Virus record (IMG/VR): IMGVR_UViG_3300033415_000003
Coordinates: 1 to 54,708 of that record
DNA from: a virus
Lineage: Duplodnaviria; Caudoviricetes
Length of the DNA: 54,708 nt
Direction: 5' to 3' (one strand)
Shown: positions 27,078 through 35,200 of the stretch, piece after piece
Layout: each line of letters starts with the position of its first letter
Numbering within the stretch: position 1 is the stretch's first letter
Program-made: the position numbers and the translations under genes
Notes under the pieces: generated by a model
Databases searched by the model: none
Told to the model about the DNA's origin: nothing
The model's input: only the letters and a program-made list of their open reading frames with translations

Positions 27078-27767
27078 CTACTCTAAAATCAGTCCTACAC
27101 CCGAAATATTCTTTATAGATAAGTCCAAATCATACTCTTTGAAAAAATTTCTAAGTTTTGAAATATGAACATCTGCGCTTCTTGAAGAATATATATCTGT
27201 TTTGTGCCAAACTTCTTCTAATAATAGATCTCGTTTAATTACACTTCTATAATTTTTTGCTAACATTTCTAATAATTTTCCTTCTTTTGTGGAAAACCGT
27301 TTTAATGCTATACCATTTAAATAAAATGTTCTATATACTACATCGTATTTAAACCCTTCGCCAAAATATATTTCGTTCATTCTAGGAGGACTCAAAGAAT
27401 TTATAATAGAATATAGTCTAAATTGATATTCAATAAAACATAGTATAGAATTAGTATCATTATCAGTTGCAGCTGCCCCATGCACAACATAATTGAGATC
27501 AATTTGTGAAGGCATACATTTTTTTGTGTTAGGATGAGATATTGATACTATAGGCAATCTAGGATTTATTCCTCTAATAGTACTAATAGCTCTTTGAGTG
27601 TAATCGAAATCAGCTGATATCATATATCCATCAAATTGAAGGCTGCAATGCTCAAATAAATCGGCTTCATTTGAAGTAATAATTAGTTCAACTGAATGGT
27701 TTTTTGCAGATCGTTGAAACGAATCTATACAAAATTGGTTTACGGAATGTAATAGAATTTTTAACAT
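27078..27767 (-). CDS. OmpR/PhoB-type response-regulator-like protein with degenerate receiver
   Basis: Winged helix: STKEGKLL..L, RDLLLEEVW, SRSADVHISKLR, GVGLIL. Confidence 0.82.
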   Translation of the reverse strand: MLKILLHSVNQFCIDSFQRSAKNHSVELIITSNEADLFEHCSLQFDGYMISADFDYTQRAISTIRGINPRLPIVSISHPNTKKCMPSQIDLNYVVHGAAATDNDTNSILCFIEYQFRLYSIINSLSPPRMNEIYFGEGFKYDVVYRTFYLNGIALKRFSTKEGKLLEMLAKNYRSVIKRDLLLEEVWHKTDIYSSRSADVHISKLRNFFKEYDLDLSIKNISGVGLILE

Positions 27768-27988
27768 TATCTTATAAGCTTAACAAAGAAAACATTTTTT
27801 CTATCATGATAGTTATGGCAAGCTTCTGAAATATTAAAAACTTTCATTAAATCCGTTTCGGCGTTATATGATATAACTTTTACTAAATTACCAACGTAAG
27901 TTAAATAAGTTTTCCCTACCACAATTTCTTCTGCTGGAATTTTTGTTAATTCCACTTCTTCGCCGTACATTATTTTTTTCTTAGCCAT
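27767..27988 (-). CDS. hypothetical protein
   Basis: ORF after the promoter at 28022. Confidence 0.6.
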   Translation of the reverse strand: MAKKKIMYGEEVELTKIPAEEIVVGKTYLTYVGNLVKVISYNAETDLMKVFNISEACHNYHDRKNVFFVKLIR

Positions 27989-28048
27989 TATATAAAGAGT
28001 TTATGTTTTTATTAATAAATACAAATATAATAAAAATTTTTAATTTAA

Positions 28049-28480
28049 TTAAAGTTTAACGCTAAAATTATTAATCATTTTTGAAATATTCTCTGTTGGA
28101 ACGTTATGAATAGAAATTTGATCATTTCTATTTTCCACTATTATAGAGACAAAATCATAATTATATTTTTTGGCTAACGACTTATATTCTTTTATATCTT
28201 TTTCTTTATTAAGAACGTTAGCAACAAACACTCGTGGAACGTCATTTTGTAGACTATTTTCTACTTGTTCATGACACCATTCATGAGCATAACGAAGTTT
28301 ATTAGCTACCCAATTATAATTTCCACTAGCATCTTCAAAAAACATGTCAGCTGAAAAAATCTTATCTGTAGGTTGTCTTATCATCATTTCAGCAAAAGTA
28401 CTTTTTCCTGCTCCCGGGCAACCCCTAACCGCAATTAATACGCGTTCATTATTAAACTTCTTCTTTTCTTTTGTATTCAT
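28049..28480 (-). CDS. P-loop kinase, polynucleotide-kinase/AAA_33-like
   Basis: RGCPGAGKSTFA, SADMFF, AHEWC, HNVP. Confidence 0.85.
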   Translation of the reverse strand: MNTKEKKKFNNERVLIAVRGCPGAGKSTFAEMMIRQPTDKIFSADMFFEDASGNYNWVANKLRYAHEWCHEQVENSLQNDVPRVFVANVLNKEKDIKEYKSLAKKYNYDFVSIIVENRNDQISIHNVPTENISKMINNFSVKL

Positions 28481-28690
28481 AAATTTTTTAATTGTTTATT
28501 TGTATATTGTAAAAATTATATGTCTTTTGACCATTCATCAAATATATCAATAAGCCACCTTGATCTGGCAAATTCTCCGGTATATAAGAGTTTACCACGA
28601 ATTTTTTTCGCGATATTTTGTTTTTCAATTTTAAGTTGGTTTTTAACTTCTTTATCAATTAGTATTTTTATTTCAGATGCATCCATATTT

Positions 28691-28933
28691 TTATCTACTG
28701 CCCTCTTTAAATGCTTCTTTTGTTTTATTATTAAAATCTATAATTTTTTCAATTCCTATACCAAAATAAAATATAGAATATGCTTCTATTGCACCTATAA
28801 GATCTGCCATCTCACATAATTGAAGTATTGGATCTCCTTGTTGATAAGCATCTTCGAGCTCTTCAAACTCTTCTTTTATCTTAGAGAATTCTTTATAATA
28901 CCCTTTTGATATTTTATTTTTATGATAGCCCAT
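28691..28933 (-). CDS. MazG-like all-alpha NTP pyrophosphatase
   Basis: KIKEEFEELEDA...CEMADL (EExxE...ExxD). Confidence 0.6.
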   Translation of the reverse strand: MGYHKNKISKGYYKEFSKIKEEFEELEDAYQQGDPILQLCEMADLIGAIEAYSIFYFGIGIEKIIDFNNKTKEAFKEGSR

Positions 28934-29471
28934 TATTAATTTTGTTTATTATATTACTTAATCTTGGTTCGGCACAACCCGTACCATATATCCATTTTAA
29001 AAACTCACATTGTCGTATACCGTAACTTCCCAGTTCATAACCTTTATACACTATGTCAAATCCTTCTTTAGTTCGTATACATTCAGCTTGCGGTATATAT
29101 TTTCTATAAAATTTTAATGCTATTTCAACAATTCCTACTAATTCATAGTTAGTTACAATATCAGTCTTTATAAGCTCGTTCTTCATAAAATATTTTGAAT
29201 GAGTAAAATCAAAACTTTCAAACCTAAAACAAGGCGTTATTGTTTGATATTGACCTTTAGATAAAAATTCTTTTAAATATAGATATAAAAATGATTGTTC
29301 ACCAGATGCAACCAAACATTTATTGTTATGTTTCAGTTGAAATGACAATACTCCATTGGGTTTTGTAATATTATCTACATATTCAGATACTGTCCATGGC
29401 GATTCTATTCTAGTGAATCCATTATCTTGATAATATGTTATCGATTCATCTAAAATTTTATAATTTATCAT
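28920..29471 (-). CDS. minimal class II aminoacyl-tRNA-synthetase-like catalytic domain
   Basis: Motif-1-like GFTRIESP, ASGEQ, motif 2 PCFRFE..FMKNEL, ELGSYG, motif 3 GTGCAEPRL. Confidence 0.72.
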   Translation of the reverse strand: MINYKILDESITYYQDNGFTRIESPWTVSEYVDNITKPNGVLSFQLKHNNKCLVASGEQSFLYLYLKEFLSKGQYQTITPCFRFESFDFTHSKYFMKNELIKTDIVTNYELVGIVEIALKFYRKYIPQAECIRTKEGFDIVYKGYELGSYGIRQCEFLKWIYGTGCAEPRLSNIINKINNGLS

Positions 29472-29487
29472 TATATTTTAAATTTAA

Positions 29488-30012
29488 TTATCCAAAATCT
29501 ATCATTCCATCTGGAAATTTATCCCAGAATTTTTTCAATTCTATTTTTGTCTCATCCAATGATTTATTTAGATGACATTCATTTTTTGGATCTTCGATAT
29601 ATTTTATCGTTTCTTCATAGGAAAACAACTTATCATCTGGATAGCCATATTTTCTAAAAACATCATGTGTTGTGCCTTTACTATTATAAAAACCCTTTCC
29701 TTTTATATAATCGGTTACTCCACCATTTATATGTCCAATTTCACAATATTTTTCTCTAATAGCTTCTTTACACAAACCTTTTTTTATCATTCTTATTTTT
29801 CTTTCGGCTATTGATATAGAATTAAGAGCAAATTCATCATCAATATATGGGGATTCTAATATAGTTTGTTGAGTGTATATATCTATAGATAAAGGATCGT
29901 ATAAGTATTCATTCCAATATTCTATAACATCCTCATACATTTTAATAACGCCATTGATGATATCCTCTTCTTTAACCTCTATTTTTTTATAAAACCATGT
30001 ATGACATCCCAT
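29488..30012 (-). CDS. hypothetical protein
   Basis: MGCHTWF...FWDKFPDGMIDFG. Confidence 0.7.
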   Translation of the reverse strand: MGCHTWFYKKIEVKEEDIINGVIKMYEDVIEYWNEYLYDPLSIDIYTQQTILESPYIDDEFALNSISIAERKIRMIKKGLCKEAIREKYCEIGHINGGVTDYIKGKGFYNSKGTTHDVFRKYGYPDDKLFSYEETIKYIEDPKNECHLNKSLDETKIELKKFWDKFPDGMIDFG

Positions 30013-30018
30013 AAATTC

Positions 30019-30396
30019 TTATTTAAAGTAATATTTGTACACAATACAATCTGTATTAAGATTAGTGAAATCAGGAAAAAATACATCTCCAATTGTTTCA
30101 TCATCAATAATTGATATATGCAATTCAGTGAAATATGAACAAAATGTTTCATATACAAATTTTCCACCTATGCACCAATCTAAATTGAGATATTCTTCAA
30201 TAGGTTTATTTTTGTTATAAACAATAATTTCTCTACCAGATAAAGTAGGCAAGCTTTTAGCAGTTTTATATCCCACTAAAAGTTTACCTCCCATAGTTAA
30301 TTTTTTAAAATGTAATAAATCTGTTGAAGATTTCCATGGCAATTTTTCATTTTTACCAATCCAACCTAATCTATTAACCGCAATTATAGCTTTCAT
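30019..30396 (-). CDS. folA: dihydrofolate reductase
   Basis: IGKNEKLPW..DLLHFKKLT, VGYKT, LSGR, IGG, GDVFFP. Confidence 0.9.
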   Translation of the reverse strand: MKAIIAVNRLGWIGKNEKLPWKSSTDLLHFKKLTMGGKLLVGYKTAKSLPTLSGREIIVYNKNKPIEEYLNLDWCIGGKFVYETFCSYFTELHISIIDDETIGDVFFPDFTNLNTDCIVYKYYFK

Positions 30397-31229
30397 TATA
30401 TTGCAATTTCTAAAGTAGATTTAATCTTAGGTATTGAAGATACATCAAAAATTTCAAAATCATCAATGGTTATATCATAAAAACACTTTTGTACATTTAA
30501 CTCAATCCTTGGATTAATATTTTCTATTGGAACTCTTTCTAAAATTTCATTAGCTGCTTCCATATGTCTGTCATAAACATGTAAATTTTGAACAAAATGA
30601 CAGAATTTACCGGGTTTATGACCCAAATGACTGCATACCATAAGCTGCAGTGCAACGTATTGTATCTTATTTATATAGCCAGCCATAATATAATCATTTG
30701 ATCGTTGAATCAATGTCATATCTAAAAATGTAACACCATTTCTTTTTCGAACTGACCATATTGTTTCATATGCACATGGATTTAATCCTTTTGTTTCAGA
30801 TAAATCTGAATATTGATATAAATTCATAATATGTCTTCTACCAAATGGATCTTTTTCTAAAGCTAATAATAATTCATCTATTAGATTATATTTATTTACA
30901 GTTGCACCGTATCTTTGTCCAATAGTATCATCGCCTATATTCCATTCATCCCACCAATTGATTCCACGTTTTCTTGCTGAAATTAATGAACTATTTTGAT
31001 CTTGATATATCCATAAAATCTCTTTGATGCCTGTTTTTATTGCAGTATTTCTTAAAGTTGTTATTGGATATTCTCCTGCGTTTAAGTCGTAATGTTCACA
31101 AACTTGACTAATAAATTTAGTATATGCTGATACACCATCTTTATATTTTGGACGTGGATTTTCGTCAAAATCACCATTAAAAATTATTTCATTTAAATTT
31201 TCTTTGTAATAATTGTCTGCTTTATTCAT
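30396..31229 (-). CDS. thyA: thymidylate synthase (ThyA)
   Basis: EILW, GRRHI, LNPCAY, QRSND, N...HVYDRH. Confidence 0.94.
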   Translation of the reverse strand: MNKADNYYKENLNEIIFNGDFDENPRPKYKDGVSAYTKFISQVCEHYDLNAGEYPITTLRNTAIKTGIKEILWIYQDQNSSLISARKRGINWWDEWNIGDDTIGQRYGATVNKYNLIDELLLALEKDPFGRRHIMNLYQYSDLSETKGLNPCAYETIWSVRKRNGVTFLDMTLIQRSNDYIMAGYINKIQYVALQLMVCSHLGHKPGKFCHFVQNLHVYDRHMEAANEILERVPIENINPRIELNVQKCFYDITIDDFEIFDVSSIPKIKSTLEIAI

Positions 31230-31273
31230 ATAAGTATTTTAATTTTATATGAAAAAGAATTAAAGGGATTTTA

Positions 31274-31792
31274 TTAATTTTTATTACTAAATATATTTTT
31301 TCTATTAAAACATATTACAGGATTGCAAGATACAAGATAGTTTCCTTTAATATCTCTAACATCAATTGGATTATCATCTATTACATTTCTAATGGCAATT
31401 GCGAACCTATGGTTAGATTCATCCATATATTCCATTGTAGAATTTATACAGAATAAATTCGCTTCTATATCTTCTGAAATAATCATACCAGTAAATAAAT
31501 GGCTTTTAAGTTTATATTTTTCTACAAACTTATCCGCATTACACCAGATATAAATACATTCTTTTTCTCTTAAAAGATAAACATGTGATGAATTAATTAT
31601 AAATCTATCAAACCCAATTAACCCGTCTTCAGATCCATGCCCCATCATAATTATTCTATCATGATCTTTAATCATTTTACATATCTTAGATTTTGACATG
31701 TTAGTACTAATCAAAGAATATTCTTTTCCTTTGTAAATATCTTTTAGGAAGTCTGTAGAATAATCAGCTGGATGTATAACAAGAGTTGTCAT
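31274..31792 (-). CDS. hypothetical protein (GHGS / WCNAD motifs)
   Basis: ORF. Confidence 0.7.
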   Translation of the reverse strand: MTTLVIHPADYSTDFLKDIYKGKEYSLISTNMSKSKICKMIKDHDRIIMMGHGSEDGLIGFDRFIINSSHVYLLREKECIYIWCNADKFVEKYKLKSHLFTGMIISEDIEANLFCINSTMEYMDESNHRFAIAIRNVIDDNPIDVRDIKGNYLVSCNPVICFNRKNIFSNKN

Positions 31793-32016
31793 AAGCTTTC
31801 TATTTTATCTTTAATCTTTTTCATTACAGTCACTATGTTTATGAAATATTCATACATCTCTTTTTCTTCCATATGTTGAATATTATCTATTTCATCTCCC
31901 ATATAGCCATAATCCCAAACTTCACCATCATTACCAGTTTTTTCTATGACATTCCATCTTATTTTTGGAAGATCTGCTAATATATTTTTAAGTTCTTGAA
32001 CATCAGCATCTTTCAT
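31789..32016 (-). CDS. hypothetical protein
   Basis: ORF. Confidence 0.6.
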   Translation of the reverse strand: MKDADVQELKNILADLPKIRWNVIEKTGNDGEVWDYGYMGDEIDNIQHMEEKEMYEYFINIVTVMKKIKDKIESL

Positions 32017-32270
32017 TTTAATTTACTTTTTGTGTACGCTATGTTATATAATTCTTCAAGAGTATCAAAAGATTTATCACCGCGAATTATTGTCATGTTT
32101 GGATTGTTAACGTTTATGTATCGGATATAACTGTTATTTTCTCGCTCATAACATTCTATTGAATCACGTCCTTTTTCAGTGTTATTCCATTGAACAAAAT
32201 ATCTTGGATTAGTCTTAACTATTAGTTTTACATCAGTTGTTTGGTCTATATATGCTTTATTACTGCCCAT
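32013..32270 (-). CDS. hypothetical protein
   Basis: ORF. Confidence 0.6.
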   Translation of the reverse strand: MGSNKAYIDQTTDVKLIVKTNPRYFVQWNNTEKGRDSIECYERENNSYIRYINVNNPNMTIIRGDKSFDTLEELYNIAYTKSKLK

Positions 32271-32272
32271 TT

Positions 32273-32902
32273 TTATAATTTAAGTGATAAACCTGTTTCT
32301 TCATTAACATATTCCAATGATGATACGATTTTTCTTTCAGCAAAATCATATACTAAATGATTCTGTATGATAACGATTGGGTTATGAGTTATTACAATCA
32401 TATCAACAGAAAAATTATAAGATAAATTATTTATTATATTGATATACTTTGACATTGCAAATAAACTAAACCCTTTATCTACTTCATCAAATACTAACAA
32501 AGTCTTGTTAGGGATAAATTTGCCAGCATATTTTTTCAAAAACATATCAAGATATATTAATGCACCTTCTCCATGAGACTTATGCCTAGTTGCAAACCCT
32601 CCCGATTCTATATATGCCATAGCATCTACTGCAACCATCATATCTGATCCATTATCTTTTATAGCATCAAAATAGAATATTTTTTCATATTCATGTTCTA
32701 CTTCTATATTGTGAGCAAGATCTTTTAAATCTCGCTTAATCATCATGTTTTCTTCACCATCATTCTTATATCCTCGAAGCGCTTGAAAAAGTGATGATTT
32801 ACCACATCCATTTTTTCCTGCAATAAGTAATGGAAAAGTATCAAAATCATAAAATTCATCTTTTTTCAATCCACGAAAATCATTAGTTACAGTTATTTTC
32901 AT
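32273..32902 (-). CDS. stand-alone ABC-type ATPase (SHGE signature), paralog of 18376-18978
   Basis: GKNGCGKSS, SHGE, VFDEVDKGFS, ITHNP. Confidence 0.85.
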   Translation of the reverse strand: MKITVTNDFRGLKKDEFYDFDTFPLLIAGKNGCGKSSLFQALRGYKNDGEENMMIKRDLKDLAHNIEVEHEYEKIFYFDAIKDNGSDMMVAVDAMAYIESGGFATRHKSHGEGALIYLDMFLKKYAGKFIPNKTLLVFDEVDKGFSLFAMSKYINIINNLSYNFSVDMIVITHNPIVIIQNHLVYDFAERKIVSSLEYVNEETGLSLKL

Positions 32903-32903
32903 G

Positions 32904-34844
32904 CTAGAATTCGTATTTATATGTTACTATTTTTATTCCCTTCTTTACAGCAGTTGTCATTTTTGATGTTTTTGATTCTAAATCATTGGTGACAAGATAA
33001 TTACAGTTTTTATCTTTAAGATCACATTCTACTAATTTTCCTTTATAATGTTCAAGAAAATCAGACTTTGTGCCAAAACCTGCGGATGAAGGACTTCCAG
33101 TTAAACATACAAATATTGTGTTTGTAGTATCAGGTATAAATGGGCGATCCACTTTAATGCCAACTCCTTCAAGTTCTTTTACCATATATTTAATCCAATA
33201 TGTTACCTCTGGTGTTTTCATACGTTCAACCAATGCCTTTTCAAGATTACCATAATCAAATGGTACTCCTGCATGTTCATTAGCCAATTGTATAGATAAC
33301 GTCTTTCCTACATTAGTAAATCCGAGAGATTGAATAACCTTTGCATAAGGAATACTTGTTATGTTCTTAAATGCATCCAAAAATATTTCATGAGATCTTG
33401 ATTTATAAGTGATACCATATTTTTCAATATCTACTGTATCTCCTTTGGTTCTTGCCCATACTATCAATTCAACAATATTCGAAAAATTTATTGCAAATGG
33501 AGCAATTGTTTTTCGACCTACTCGTTTAATTTTTAATACTTGTAATGAACTTGCTAAAATTTTAGCAATCCTACCCTGGCATTCTTCGTTGTTACACATT
33601 AAGTGAATACCATCAAATGTTAGTTTGGTATTACAATCAGGACAATTAGTAGGCAAACTAACTGGATTAGTACATCTTGTTATAACTGATTGGATTTCAG
33701 GTATAATATCCCCTGATTTTATAATACTAAATACTGCGCCTGGACCAATTCCGTTATTTACTAAAAATCCTGCATTATATCCGGAAGCTCTTTTTACAAT
33801 AGTACCTGCTAACTTTACTGGTTGTAATAATACAACTGGTGCAAGTTCTCCAGTTTTTCCTACATTGTATTCTATTCCTAGATATGATGTAATAGCTTGT
33901 TCTGATATGAACTTAATTGCAATTGCCCATTCTGGATCATGATCATTTTCTCCTAATGCTGATCTATATTCTGGCCGAAAAGAAAGCACAACACCATCTA
34001 ATTGGTATGGAAACTTATCTCTTAATTTTATCCAGTAATTAAGTTCATCTACATAATCTTCGCCTGCCATTTCTCGTTCATCTAGAATATAAAATCCATG
34101 TTGACATCCTAAATGAGAAATATATTTATCTCTTCTAACATTCTCACCATCTAATAAGAAATGTAAAGGTACTATAGTTAAATCTTTTAATACATCTTCA
34201 TCAAACTCATCACCACCAAGAATACCGGCAACAAAATTACGAGGATTAGCAGAATCTAATGCATATTTTTCTTCAAATATATTTTTATCAATAACTACTT
34301 CACATCGAATTTCCATTTGCCCCATATCGCCTTCTTCAACGTCGCCGCCTGTTAAAAGATTTTTTGGAGCAATTAAACTAATCCTATCAGTTATATTTTT
34401 TCCAAGAGCTCCGTCACCTCTAGTAAGAGCTTGATAGAATACATTATTATTATAAATTAGATTTATAGCATTTCCATCAAACTTAGCTGATGAATACATA
34501 AGTTTTTGAGACGGTTTTGCATCAGCGTAGTCTAATTTATAATTAGATGTTTGATGTTCTTTTGCATAAAGAGTAGCCAGTCTTTTTGCATACCAAACGC
34601 CAAATTCACTGGCCATATTATTGCCCTCTTCAGTTTGAATCTTAGAAAGAGATAGCATTTTATTTGGATGGGCATAATCAAAATCTTTTCTTTTTGATCC
34701 TACTTGTTCCACAACTTTTGACCCATTTTCTTTTAATAATCTTTCAATGAAGTCAAATTCTGAATCTTCCATTAATTGCCTACCTTCGTAATATGCAATT
34801 TTCGCGTCGAGGTATTGTTTCTCTAAATCAGGAATATTTATCAT
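32904..34844 (-). CDS. ligA: NAD-dependent DNA ligase
   Basis: YYEG..MEDSEFD, MLSL, KFDG, TRGDG, EIRCE, NPRN, DGVV, WAIAIKF, SGDIIP, zinc finger, BRCT. Confidence 0.95.
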   Translation of the reverse strand: MINIPDLEKQYLDAKIAYYEGRQLMEDSEFDFIERLLKENGSKVVEQVGSKRKDFDYAHPNKMLSLSKIQTEEGNNMASEFGVWYAKRLATLYAKEHQTSNYKLDYADAKPSQKLMYSSAKFDGNAINLIYNNNVFYQALTRGDGALGKNITDRISLIAPKNLLTGGDVEEGDMGQMEIRCEVVIDKNIFEEKYALDSANPRNFVAGILGGDEFDEDVLKDLTIVPLHFLLDGENVRRDKYISHLGCQHGFYILDEREMAGEDYVDELNYWIKLRDKFPYQLDGVVLSFRPEYRSALGENDHDPEWAIAIKFISEQAITSYLGIEYNVGKTGELAPVVLLQPVKLAGTIVKRASGYNAGFLVNNGIGPGAVFSIIKSGDIIPEIQSVITRCTNPVSLPTNCPDCNTKLTFDGIHLMCNNEECQGRIAKILASSLQVLKIKRVGRKTIAPFAINFSNIVELIVWARTKGDTVDIEKYGITYKSRSHEIFLDAFKNITSIPYAKVIQSLGFTNVGKTLSIQLANEHAGVPFDYGNLEKALVERMKTPEVTYWIKYMVKELEGVGIKVDRPFIPDTTNTIFVCLTGSPSSAGFGTKSDFLEHYKGKLVECDLKDKNCNYLVTNDLESKTSKMTTAVKKGIKIVTYKYEF

Positions 34845-34930
34845 AAAATATTGTTATATTTTTAATTAATTGTAAATATAATAAAAATTGTTCAAATAAA
34901 AAATTTGATTATGCAAATTTAATAACTTTT

Positions 34931-35200
34931 TTACGGTTGGTATAAAGGTTTCTGACCATTATCCCATGGGCTGGATGTCCATATCCACATAACTGTATCT
35001 CTATTAGTATCTTTTACTTCTATTAATCGTATGTCCCCATTAATAGCATCTTTTTGTCCTTCATAATATCCATACTCTATTAGTATTGTTCTTGATTTAT
35101 TCTCTTGTTTGTCTTCATTTTTCACAATTATTGTCATTCCAAATAATATTAATATCAATGTAATAACAATAAATATGAAATTTTTTAATTTTGCCTTCAT
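34931..35200 (-). CDS. small membrane-anchored protein
   Basis: N-terminal TM; GYYEGQKDA. Confidence 0.6.
   Translation of the reverse strand: MKAKLKNFIFIVITLILILFGMTIIVKNEDKQENKSRTILIEYGYYEGQKDAINGDIRLIEVKDTNRDTVMWIWTSSPWDNGQKPLYQP

Noticed and set aside
30396-31229. dCMP/dUMP hydroxymethylase instead of ThyA
   Set aside because: Retains the dUMP-specifying Asn after RSND and is coupled to DHFR, consistent with ordinary thymidylate synthase.
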